Shown here: piece by piece, positions 47,170-55,825 of the stretch | Layout: the number at the start of each line of letters is the position of its first letter | Position numbering within the stretch: position 1 is the first letter of the stretch | Assembly (NCBI GenBank): GCA_041601615.1 | Contig: JBFIHX010000007.1 | Span: 87,805 to 151,804 of the forward strand | Source: Thermoplasmatota archaeon | Lineage (GTDB): Archaea; Thermoplasmatota; E2; JACPAO01; JAHFTW01 | Length of the DNA stretch: 64,000 nucleotides | Direction: 5' to 3' | Notes under the pieces: model-generated | Told to the model about the DNA's origin: nothing | Database searches by the model: none | Seen by the model: the letters and a program-made list of their open reading frames with translations, nothing else | Made by a program: the position numbers and the translations under genes

Positions 47170-48008
47170 GCCAACTCCGCAATATATGAACCCACGAGTC
47201 CAGGGACCAAAACCTGGAAGCAGTCTTGCTGATCTCTTGTCAACCTCGGATATACTGCAGTTACAAATGCAGTGAACTCCGGCAGGATGTCGAGGGCTAC
47301 CGCACATTGCCATGCCCGACGTATGTCAAATCCCTGTCGTATCTGATGCTCAACAATGGCTCGACCCACATCGATCTCTGCATCCATCGAAAGGAATTCG
47401 AGCATGATTCGCTCCGAAAAAGGTGTCCGAAATCCCCTGCGGTTCACGGCAGTCCCCCCGATGCGTTCCTCCGCAACGAGGGCAATATCCATCCCTGGGT
47501 CATGCCCCCTCGGCTCACTCGTTAGAGCACCGCCGAGCGGTCCAGCTCGATTGTGTTGGCGCGGCACCAACCACGCCCCATGCCCCTTCCTAGATTCATA
47601 TTCACTATTGAGAACCTCTAGCAATTGCGTCGCAAGGCGGGTCTCGACAACAACGTGCCGCCCTTGGACCCCATCTTCCGACAGGGCGAGATAGGGTGTT
47701 GCGTCCCAGACTACCGTGCGCGCCATTTCCTCCGGGCGCAGATAGGAATGCAAAAACTCGACAAGCCCTTCAATCGGTTCGCCCAGTGCCTCATGAGACC
47801 GAGTTAATGTGTATCGGGCTTTTCCAATTTGGTCGACGACTCCAATCTGAAGCAGTTCCGATAGTCGCCCTCGAAGCGGCCCCGTCGCGGCAGGAGTTCC
47901 CTGTTTTTCCAATTGGTCATGCAATTCTTGGACCGACAATCCTTCCTCTTTGGCCTCGAGCAGCAGGGCTAGGATGTGGTCGCGAAGGCGCAGTATCACA
48001 GCAGTCAT
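47166..48008 (-). CDS. AbiEi-family antitoxin/transcriptional regulator
   Basis: N-terminal wHTH 'LLLEAKEEGLSVQELHDQL' and a C-terminal AbiEi-type domain. The 4-nt overlap with the AbiEii gene is the standard AbiE operon organisation. Confidence 0.7.
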   Translation of the reverse strand: MTAVILRLRDHILALLLEAKEEGLSVQELHDQLEKQGTPAATGPLRGRLSELLQIGVVDQIGKARYTLTRSHEALGEPIEGLVEFLHSYLRPEEMARTVVWDATPYLALSEDGVQGRHVVVETRLATQLLEVLNSEYESRKGHGAWLVPRQHNRAGPLGGALTSEPRGHDPGMDIALVAEERIGGTAVNRRGFRTPFSERIMLEFLSMDAEIDVGRAIVEHQIRQGFDIRRAWQCAVALDILPEFTAFVTAVYPRLTRDQQDCFQVLVPGLVGSYIAELA

Positions 48009-48073
48009 TCATTCTGAGAGTATTTCTACTCTGCGAGTGAATTCATTCTGAGAGTGCCCCTTCTCTGCGCGTG
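48006..48073. promoter_or_regulatory. 34-bp tandem direct repeat (x2) spanning the AbiEi start codon and upstream region; candidate autoregulatory operator
   Basis: 'attcattctgagagtatttctactctgcgagtga' followed by 'attcattctgagagtgccccttctctgcgcgtga' is seen directly. Confidence 0.5.
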
Positions 48074-48139
48074 AAAACAGGACGGGAGCTCGAGTGATAC
48101 CCGCCAGCACACCCGAAAAGAAGACCCAGAGCACCATCC

Positions 48140-49522
48140 TCACCCACCCCAAACCACCACCCCTCCCTCCACAACTTCCCCCAATCCGTCAACGGCCACA
48201 AACCGCACCTCCGTCCCCGCAAAGATGTGCACGCTCCCAGACCAACTGCCCCATCCGTTCCTCGCAAGCGCCTTGGCGCCATGGTCAGGAAGCATCACCC
48301 ACACCTCCTCCACCGGATGATTCCCGACGACGCGGACCTCGACCCACCATTCGTTGATGTTGTTGGAGATTTCAAAGAGGGCGCGGAATTCGGGGTCGCC
48401 GCGTTCGGCGAGGACGCCGGCGATCCAGGCGTGGGCGGCGGGTTTGAGTTGTCCTCGTGCGTCGACGAGTCCCCAGTGTCGTTCCGCGGGTCCGTATCGG
48501 TTGGCGGGGTCCATGGTGGGGGTGTCGCGCCAGGATCGGTAGAGGATGGCTTCGACGCCGGCTTCTTCGAGTGCGTCGAGTCCTGCTAGGAGTTCTTGGA
48601 CGGCGTCGGCTTGGGGTTGGGCAAATTCGTCTTCGGGGTAGGAGCTGAGGGCGAGGTCGGTGAGGATGACGGGTTTGGCAAATAGGCGTTGGAGTTCTTT
48701 GGCGCCTTGGAGGGTTTCTTCGTAGAGGGTTTGGTAGTCGTCGGCGCTGTCGTGGGTGGAGCCTCGGACGGCTTGGAGGCCGATGGCGTCGCTGGCTTCG
48801 GCGGCTCTGTCCCAGGTTGTCCATGCGGCGGGGTTCCAGTTGCCAAAAGAGAGGACGACGCGGGCGGCGGGGTAGCGTTCGTGGAGGAAGTTGGCCATGT
48901 CGGCGAGGCGTCCGTCGAGTTCTTCGTAGGTTTGGACGGTTTGTTTGTTGAATTCGGATTCGAGGAGAATGAGGACGGGTTCGCCCCCCATGTGTTCGTC
49001 GAGGTGGTCGACGAGTTGGCCGGCGAGGGCGTACCAGCCGTGGTTGTCTTTGTAGGCGTCGTGGAGTTCGGACCAGCAGCCGTCTTGGAAGCAGGCGGGT
49101 TGGATGTCGTCGCCCCAGTAGTAGAAGTGGAGGGCGGGGGTGATGTTGGCGGCGCGCATTCGATGGAGGGCTTGGTCGACGGGTCGCCAACCATTGGTGA
49201 GGGTCCAGGCGCCGATCCATTCGGAGGCATAGTCGGGTTGGATGCCGAGGATGGTTTGTTGTTCGAGTGATCCGTGGCTGATGCCGAATTTCATCACGGG
49301 GCCGGGTGGCGAGGTAGGGGTTGGCGGTGGGTTGGGTGGTGTTTGGGGGGTGGGTGGTTGCGCGGGGCCGGGCGTCGGTGTGCCTTGGTTTGGGTCGATG
49401 GTGGGGGATGGCTCGGGGTCGGCTTGGATGGGCCAGAAGCCGGGTTCGTGCCAGAGGGGCCAGGAGGTGGTGATAAGAAATCCCGCTAGCAGGACGACGA
49501 TGATTCCATGGATTGCTTTCAT
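48140..49522 (-). CDS. secreted glycoside-hydrolase-like TIM-barrel enzyme (family unassigned) + PT linker + one C-terminal CBM-like beta-sandwich module
   Basis: Signal 'MKAIHGIIVVLLAGFLITTSW'. 'HFYYWGDD', 'ILLESEFNK' and 'VLSFGNWNP' are shared with the paralog at 52804. C-terminal 'NEWWVEVRVVGNHPV...GWGSWSGSV...VRFVAVDG' is the repeat module. Confidence 0.6.
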   Translation of the reverse strand: MKAIHGIIVVLLAGFLITTSWPLWHEPGFWPIQADPEPSPTIDPNQGTPTPGPAQPPTPQTPPNPPPTPTSPPGPVMKFGISHGSLEQQTILGIQPDYASEWIGAWTLTNGWRPVDQALHRMRAANITPALHFYYWGDDIQPACFQDGCWSELHDAYKDNHGWYALAGQLVDHLDEHMGGEPVLILLESEFNKQTVQTYEELDGRLADMANFLHERYPAARVVLSFGNWNPAAWTTWDRAAEASDAIGLQAVRGSTHDSADDYQTLYEETLQGAKELQRLFAKPVILTDLALSSYPEDEFAQPQADAVQELLAGLDALEEAGVEAILYRSWRDTPTMDPANRYGPAERHWGLVDARGQLKPAAHAWIAGVLAERGDPEFRALFEISNNINEWWVEVRVVGNHPVEEVWVMLPDHGAKALARNGWGSWSGSVHIFAGTEVRFVAVDGLGEVVEGGVVVWGG

Positions 49523-49585
49523 GGCGGCTCAACTCGGGGGGTCGGGGGGGTCGGAGGCCTGGGGCCGTGGGTTGGTGGGAAGGGA

Positions 49586-50821
49586 TTAGGGTGTGTTTTG
49601 GGTGGTGGCGGCGCGTCCGAGCACTTGTTCGGTGGCTTGGGTGATGTGGTCCCAGTTGTGGTGTTGCAGGACGCGGGCGCGGCCTCGTTTTCCCATGGCG
49701 TGGGCTTCGTCGGGGTCTTGGAGGATGGCGAGGAGTTTTTTGGCGAGGTCTTGGGGGTTGCTTGGTTGGGCTAGGAGGCCGTTGTCGCCGTGGCGCACGA
49801 AGTCGGGGATGCCGCCGATGTTGGAGGCGACGACGGGGGTGCCGCAGGCGTTGGCTTCGGCGAGGACCATGCCGAAGGATTCGGCGTCGGTGGTGCTGGG
49901 TAGGGCGAGGACGCTGGCTTGTTGGTAGGCGGCGACGAGTTGTTCTTGGTTGAGTCGAGGGTGGAGGTGGATGGTGTCGCCGCTGGCGTGTGCGAGGCGT
50001 TGGAATTCGGGGAGGCGGTCGCCGGTCCCTACCAATTCGAGGGTGGCGTTGGGGATGCGCTGGCGGATGGTTTCGAAGGCGTGGCAGAGGGTGTCGATGC
50101 CTTTCCAGCGGTAGGATCGGCTGAGGGGGGCGACGAAGAGGATGGAGGGTGCGTCGTGCTTCGTGGGTTTTGATGGGGCTTGCGACTTGGGTGGGCTTGG
50201 TGGGTCGGTGGGCAGGGGAGTGGCGAGCTTGGCGGTGTTGGTTGTGTCGTGGTTGGGGGGTGTGAATTGCTGTGCGTCGACGCCGGGGGGGATGATGGTG
50301 GTGCGGTCGCGGTGGGCGGCAAGGGCGTTGTCGCGCACGAAGGGGCTGACGGCGATGAGGCCGGCGGAGCCGTGGAACATGCGTTGTTCGATAGTGGCGT
50401 CTAGGAGGTGGGCGATGGTTTCGAGGAGGATGTTGCTGCCGTGGAGGCGGCCGGCGTGGTAGGTGGTGACGAAGGGGATGCCTCGGCGGGCGGCTTGTTT
50501 GTAGGCGGTTTCGGCGGCGAAGGGTACGGGGCAGTGGGCGACGATGACGTCGGGGTCGAATTCTTGGATGCCGTGGTCGAGGAGGCGGCGGTAGCGTGGG
50601 TCGATGGGGGTGTGGCCGAGTTCGAGGCGGGCGCGGGTGCGGTGGACGTGGACGCCGTGGCTGGTGCTTCCGGCTTGGTAGCTGGGCAGTGCTTGACGGG
50701 TCATGGTTGCGACCTGGACTTGGTGGCCTCGGGCGGCGAGTCTTGTGAGGATGGCGCGCGCGTAGTGCTCGAGGCCGCCGCCTTCGGGCTCATAGTAGGG
50801 CGTGGCGCAGAGGATGCGCAA
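49586..50821 (-). CDS. family 4 glycosyltransferase (GT-B)
   Basis: 'MRILCATPYYEPEGGGLEHYA' and the E-x7-E region 'DAESFGMVLAEANACGTPVVASNIGGIPDFV' identify GT4. Confidence 0.85.
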   Translation of the reverse strand: MRILCATPYYEPEGGGLEHYARAILTRLAARGHQVQVATMTRQALPSYQAGSTSHGVHVHRTRARLELGHTPIDPRYRRLLDHGIQEFDPDVIVAHCPVPFAAETAYKQAARRGIPFVTTYHAGRLHGSNILLETIAHLLDATIEQRMFHGSAGLIAVSPFVRDNALAAHRDRTTIIPPGVDAQQFTPPNHDTTNTAKLATPLPTDPPSPPKSQAPSKPTKHDAPSILFVAPLSRSYRWKGIDTLCHAFETIRQRIPNATLELVGTGDRLPEFQRLAHASGDTIHLHPRLNQEQLVAAYQQASVLALPSTTDAESFGMVLAEANACGTPVVASNIGGIPDFVRHGDNGLLAQPSNPQDLAKKLLAILQDPDEAHAMGKRGRARVLQHHNWDHITQATEQVLGRAATTQNTP

Positions 50822-52007
50822 GGACAGTCACCTCCGAGGCATGGGGTTGGGGCGGGTTGCCCGATGCGGAGCCGGGTTTGCTGGGGCTTTGGAGGATTTC
50901 TTCGTAGATGTCAAGGAGTCGTGTGGTGACGGCGTTCCAGGAGTAGGTGGCGCGAACGGGGCTGGCGAGGGTTTCGCCGCGGGGGAGTTTGCGGTTGCGG
51001 AGGGCTTCTTGGATGCAGGCGGCGAGGGCGGCGGGGTCGCCGGGGGGTGCGACGAGTCCGCCGACTTGGGCGACGTCGGCGACTCCGGGGAGGGCGGAGG
51101 CGACGACGGGGGTGCCGCAGGCCATGCTTTCGAGAAGCGAGATGCCGAAGGCTTCCTGGCGGTTGATGCTTGGGAGGATGGTGAGGGCGGCGCCTCGGTA
51201 GAGGGCGGGGAGGTCGGTGTCGTCGACGCGGCCTAGGAATCGTGCGGCAACACCGAGGCGTCGGGCGAGTGCTTCGAGGGGTTTGCGAAGGGGTCCGTCG
51301 CCGGCGATGACGAGGGGGGGTGCTTCGGGGATGCGGGCGAGGGCGTGGAGGAGGATTTCGATGCCTTTGTAGGGTACGAGTCGGCCGACGACGAGGAGGT
51401 GTCCGCCGCCGAGGACTCGGCCGAGGGGGTGGAAGCGCTCGGGGTCGATGCCGTTGGGGACGACGCGCCAGCGTTCTTCGGGGATGCTGCGGAGGCTTGG
51501 GGCGCTGCGGCCGTAGGAAAGGGAGCGTACGAGGGTGGTGTGGGCGAGGCGGTAGTTTGGGGGGCCGATGTAGCGGTAGGCGGCGGCGGCGAGGCGGCCG
51601 AGGGGGGTGCCGGGGGCGGGTTCAAAGTGGAAGTCGAGGACGCCGGGGACGCCGAGGGTTGTGGCTTTGCGCAGGACGCCGGGGGTGGTGAATGGGTAGG
51701 TGGCGGCGACGTGGATGAGATCGGCGCTGCGGGGGATGAAGCGGGCAAGATCCGCGACGGGGGCGCGTAGGATGAGGCCGCGTCGTCGTACGCGGACGGT
51801 TTGGACGCCGGATTTCAGTTGGATGTCGTTGCGGTGGGCGCTGGAGCAGACTACGGTGACTTGGTGGCCGCGGGCGGCGAGGCGTCGGGAGACTTCGGAG
51901 AATACGCGCTCTACGCCGCCGACGTGTGCGCCTCGGTCGCCTGGTCGCGTGGGGCCTGGACCGCTGCCGGGGTCGGGGTCGAAGGGCGAGACGAGCGCGA
52001 TGTGCAT
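50790..52007 (-). CDS. family 4 glycosyltransferase (GT-B)
   Basis: Start refined to 'MHIALVSPFDPD'. '...QEAFGISLLESMACGTPVVASALPGVADV' is the GT4 motif. It overlaps the 5' end of the downstream GT4 by about 30 nt. Confidence 0.8.
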   Translation of the reverse strand: MHIALVSPFDPDPGSGPGPTRPGDRGAHVGGVERVFSEVSRRLAARGHQVTVVCSSAHRNDIQLKSGVQTVRVRRRGLILRAPVADLARFIPRSADLIHVAATYPFTTPGVLRKATTLGVPGVLDFHFEPAPGTPLGRLAAAAYRYIGPPNYRLAHTTLVRSLSYGRSAPSLRSIPEERWRVVPNGIDPERFHPLGRVLGGGHLLVVGRLVPYKGIEILLHALARIPEAPPLVIAGDGPLRKPLEALARRLGVAARFLGRVDDTDLPALYRGAALTILPSINRQEAFGISLLESMACGTPVVASALPGVADVAQVGGLVAPPGDPAALAACIQEALRNRKLPRGETLASPVRATYSWNAVTTRLLDIYEEILQSPSKPGSASGNPPQPHASEVTVLAHPLRHALL

Positions 52008-52156
52008 GCTTGTTTCTGGGTGGTGGCGCGAGCATAGGGTTTCAGGGACAGATTGGAGTGTTGCTTGGTTGGGCGGTGGCCCTCGGGGCCGAAAGTTGTG
52101 CCAGTTCGTCCCTGAAATTGGATGGTGGTTGGGGTCGACCATCAAGTCAGGGCCGC

Positions 52157-52663
52157 ATGGCCCCATGGAGCGTGAATCACGTGCGTTCGATAAGCAAAGC
52201 AGGAGAAAATCGGTGTGCGTCGGTTCGACGTGTGACGCTGGCAAGCGTAGGGCTTGGTTTGGCCTTGGCGTTGCTGGGCGCAGTACCCCAAGTCGGGGCG
52301 TCGGCCCCTCCTGCTGCACTCATCGAATTGGAGTGGTCCGAGAACAACCGAGGCGTTGAGATTTTATCAGACGACTATTTATTCTCATTTTTGGCCGAGG
52401 ATTGTGATGGACTCTTCTTTGAAACCTATTGGAGCTTTCCAGGCACCAAAACCTACGTCTTTTTCCTCAATATCCCCATCGTCAAAGTGTGGGTCACTGC
52501 CGGGTGGAATGAGACGGAGACCGGCCCCAGTGGCGAGGCACAGTTGTTTGTGAATGAGGGTGTTGATTGCAGCAAAATTCCGGTGTTCCCGACCATGCTG
52601 GCCGGGGTTGCGGCGGTGGCTGTGGGCGCGGCGTCGTATGCGACGGTCCGTCGCCGAAAGTAG
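52157..52663 (+). CDS. small secreted protein with 'IPVFP' C-terminal sorting tail
   Basis: ATG 52157. The signal region is '...RRVTLASVGLGLALALLGAVPQVGASA'. C-terminus 'SKIPVFPTMLAGVAAVAVGAASYATVRRRK*'. The gene body is locally lower-GC. It is the only plus-strand gene inside a minus-strand cluster. Confidence 0.55.
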   Translation: MAPWSVNHVRSISKAGENRCASVRRVTLASVGLGLALALLGAVPQVGASAPPAALIELEWSENNRGVEILSDDYLFSFLAEDCDGLFFETYWSFPGTKTYVFFLNIPIVKVWVTAGWNETETGPSGEAQLFVNEGVDCSKIPVFPTMLAGVAAVAVGAASYATVRRRK

Positions 52664-52803
52664 GATGGTGCAGCTAGAGGACAGAGCGGGAGAAAGGGTT
52701 CCCACGGAGCCGTTTCCGACCCCGCGGGGAGTGTTTCACACCGGGTTCGTGGTGCTGCCGCCGATCCTGGCGTGAGGGGGAAGAGTGGGCGTAGGATGCG
52801 TTC

Positions 52804-55263
52804 TTAGAACCAGGTGATGGCGCCGCTGATGGCGGTTTGGCCGCTGGTGCTGGTGGCGCGGAATTCCACGACCGAGCCTTTGGAGAGCTTGGTGGAGGTG
52901 GAGTAGGAGTTCCACTGGGTCTCGTCCATGGTGTTCCAGGCGCCGCCGTTGATGCGGGCGTCGACCTTGGCTAAGGGCGCGGTTGCGTCCACGTTGGTTT
53001 CGATCCACCACTTGTTGCCTTGGGTCTTTGGCGCGAAGGTGGCGGTGAACGGCGCGGGGGCTGGTTCGGGGGTGGGCACGGGCACCGGGGTGGGTGCGGG
53101 TTCGGCGCCGAGCCAGGCGTACGCTTGGGAGGTCACGGTTTGTCCGTCGGTGCTGGTGGCTTGGAAGACCACGCTGCTGCCGGGGGCGACGTGGAAGCTC
53201 TTGGCGTAGGTGCCCCAGCTTGTCGCGGGCAGCACAACCGGGGCGCCGCCGTTGACGATGGCTTCGACTTTGGCGATGGTTCCGGTGCTGGTGGCGGTTG
53301 CTTCGACCCACCAGGCGTTGACGTTGGCCGTGGGGGCCATGGTCGCTTGGAAGGTTGGCAGGGTGGTCGTGACGGTTTTGCTGGATGTTCCGGTGAGGCT
53401 GCCGTCGCTGACGGTGAGCTTCACGGTGTAGGTGCCGGGGGCGGCGTAGGTGTGGGTGGCGGTTTTGCCGCCGGCCATGGCGCCGTCGCCGAAGTTCCAG
53501 GTGTAGCTGAGGGCGTCGCCGTCGGGGTCCGTGGAGCTGCTTGCGTCGAGGCTGGCGGTGAGGCGGGCCGTGGTGGCGCTAAAGCGGGCTGTGGGGGCTT
53601 GGTTGACCGGTTCCGGTTCAGGCTCGGGCTCCGGTTCGGGGGCGGGGGTGCTGCCGCCGAGCCAGGAGAACGCTTCGGAGGTGACGGTTTGGCCGCCGCC
53701 GTTGGTGGCACGGAAGACCATGGAGCCCGCGGGAGCGTAGAAGCTCTTGGCGTAGCTGCCCCAGTTGGTGGCAGAGAGCGCGATGGCGGTGCCGCCGTTG
53801 TGGATGGCTTCGACTTTGCTGATGGTTTGATCGCTGCTGACTTGCACGTCGACCCACCATTCGTTGACGTTTTTGGAGGGCGTGAAGTCGGCGGTGAAGT
53901 CCGGCGTGGGTTCCGGAGCAGGAGCGGGCGCGGGCGCGGGCGCTGGAGTTGCGCCGCCGAGCCAGGACATGGCGGACGAGGTGACGGTTGCGCCGCTTGT
54001 ATCGGTGGCTCGGAAGACCATGGAGCCCGCGGGAGCGTAGAAGCTCTTGGCGTGGGTGCCCCAGCTGGTAGCGGATAGTTGGACCGGTGCGCCGCCGTTG
54101 TGCATGGCTTCGACTTTGCTGATGGCGTGGTTGCCGGTGACTTTCACGTCGACCCACCATTCGTTGCTGCCGGAGGACGGCGTGAAGCTGGCGGTGAAGT
54201 CGGTGTTCGGTGTCGGGGGCGTGGTTGGGTTGCCGCCGCTGCTTGGGCTGCCGCGTTCGGCGAGTACGCCGTTGATCCAGACGTGTCCGGCGGGCTTCAG
54301 GTCGCCGCTGCCGCTCCAAGCGATTCCCCAGTGGCGTTCGGCTTCGCCGTAGTAGTTGGCGAGGTTCATGCCGGGGCTGTCGCGGAAGCTGCGGTAGATG
54401 AGGGCCTCGACGCCGGCTTCTTTGAGCTCGCTCATTCCGTCGAAGAATTGGCGCATTTCATTGGCTTGCAGGTCGAGGTATTGGGGCTCGGGGTAGGAGC
54501 TTAGGGCGAGGTCTTGGATGAAGATGGGTTTCTGGAAGAGGTTGTTGAGGTAGTTGGCGTTGTTGACGGTGTCTTCGAAGAGGTTGTTGTAGTGGGTTTG
54601 GCTGTCGCGGGTGGAGCCACGCATGCCTTGGATGCCGACGAAGTCGCTGGCGGCCGCGGTGCGGTCCCAGGTGCTCCAGGCGTTGGGGTTCCAACTGCCG
54701 AGGCTCAAGACAATCTTGGCGTTCGGGTAGCCGGCGTGGAGGCGGTCGGCCATGGTGGCCAGCATGGCGTCGAGGGGTTCGTAGTATTGGACGTCGCCTT
54801 TGTTGAATTCGGATTCGAGGAAGATGACCACTTCGTCGCCGCCCATGCGGCTGTGGAGGTGGTTGATGAGTTGGTCGGCGAGGTTGTTCCAGCCGGCTTG
54901 GTCTTTTTGGGCGCCGTGCAGGCTGCTCCAGCAACCGTAGTTGAGGCAGTTTTGGCTGATGTCGTCGCCCCAGTAGTAGAAGTGGATCGCGGGCGTGACG
55001 CCGGCGTTCTTCATGGTGGTGAGTTGGCTGTCGGGGCTTCCCCAACCGCCGCCGTTAAGCGTCCAGGGGCCGACCCAGAAGGTGCCGTAGTCGGGGGCTA
55101 CGCCGGCATTGGTTTGGTAGCCGATGGAGGCGGCTTCCATGCCGAATCCCATCGTGCCTGGGGATGATGTGGTTGCGCCGACGGAATCGACGACGAGCGG
55201 GAGACCTCCCATAATGAGGCCAAGGCTGAGTATGGCTGTCGCTAGTTTGTTCATATGCAGCAC
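52804..55263 (-). CDS. secreted GH-like TIM-barrel enzyme + 5 tandem CBM-like modules + PKD domain
   Basis: Signal '[22 protein letters not shown]'. It is a paralog of 48140 ('HFYYWGDD', 'FLESEFNK'). Five ~75-aa repeats run 'NEWWVDV.V....ISKVEA.HNGG....[21 protein letters not shown]...G..VTS.A.SWLGG'. The PKD domain is '[10 protein letters not shown]...[18 protein letters not shown]'. Confidence 0.7.
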   Translation of the reverse strand: MLHMNKLATAILSLGLIMGGLPLVVDSVGATTSSPGTMGFGMEAASIGYQTNAGVAPDYGTFWVGPWTLNGGGWGSPDSQLTTMKNAGVTPAIHFYYWGDDISQNCLNYGCWSSLHGAQKDQAGWNNLADQLINHLHSRMGGDEVVIFLESEFNKGDVQYYEPLDAMLATMADRLHAGYPNAKIVLSLGSWNPNAWSTWDRTAAASDFVGIQGMRGSTRDSQTHYNNLFEDTVNNANYLNNLFQKPIFIQDLALSSYPEPQYLDLQANEMRQFFDGMSELKEAGVEALIYRSFRDSPGMNLANYYGEAERHWGIAWSGSGDLKPAGHVWINGVLAERGSPSSGGNPTTPPTPNTDFTASFTPSSGSNEWWVDVKVTGNHAISKVEAMHNGGAPVQLSATSWGTHAKSFYAPAGSMVFRATDTSGATVTSSAMSWLGGATPAPAPAPAPAPEPTPDFTADFTPSKNVNEWWVDVQVSSDQTISKVEAIHNGGTAIALSATNWGSYAKSFYAPAGSMVFRATNGGGQTVTSEAFSWLGGSTPAPEPEPEPEPEPVNQAPTARFSATTARLTASLDASSSTDPDGDALSYTWNFGDGAMAGGKTATHTYAAPGTYTVKLTVSDGSLTGTSSKTVTTTLPTFQATMAPTANVNAWWVEATATSTGTIAKVEAIVNGGAPVVLPATSWGTYAKSFHVAPGSSVVFQATSTDGQTVTSQAYAWLGAEPAPTPVPVPTPEPAPAPFTATFAPKTQGNKWWIETNVDATAPLAKVDARINGGAWNTMDETQWNSYSTSTKLSKGSVVEFRATSTSGQTAISGAITWF

Positions 55264-55825
55264 CGATGGCCAGGCGGGTCGGCGGGGAGCCTGTGGAGGT
55301 CAGGTGCTGGTGTTGCACCGTGTTCCTGCCCCGTCTGGACAAAGACCCATTCACCCTTGTGGAATATAGGCCGGCACGGTGGTTGTTAAAGGCGATGAAC
55401 GAAATTTCTTGTTTTGTATAAGAAGTTTTGTTGCATTTTTGGGCCCCTAGGGAGGGGCGGTTCGGAGGGGCATTGGGAGCGTTTCCGGAGGCCTGTATGC
55501 CTTTTTACCTCCCGTTGGGCGTTTGGGCGGGCGGGCGTTTGGGACCGGTTTTTGCCTTTTTGGCGCGAACAATTCGTGCAACAAATCAACCGAACAATGA
55601 TTGGTGTGGATGGGGGGAGTCGCGGCGGCGGGTTGACCGTGCAAAGTGGGCAGGGGCAATCGCTTGATCAATGGAAGGGAGGTGGCGGGAAGATTTCAGG
55701 AAAGGAGCCGGGCTGGGAAGGGCCGGGCAAAGAAAGCGACAAGATCAATGGAAACAAACGGGGGGAAGGGGATGGAGAAAGGCGGGGAAGGGCCGCACGG
55801 GTGGGCCGGCGTCAATGATGGTGGG

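Noticed and set aside
48372-49532. 386-aa Arg/Pro-rich minus ORF and 53020..54078 / 56144..57502 Gly/Ala-rich plus ORFs inside the GH/CBM genes
   Set aside because: Alternate-frame or antisense artefacts of GC-rich coding sequence. The called frames carry signal peptides and repeated domains.
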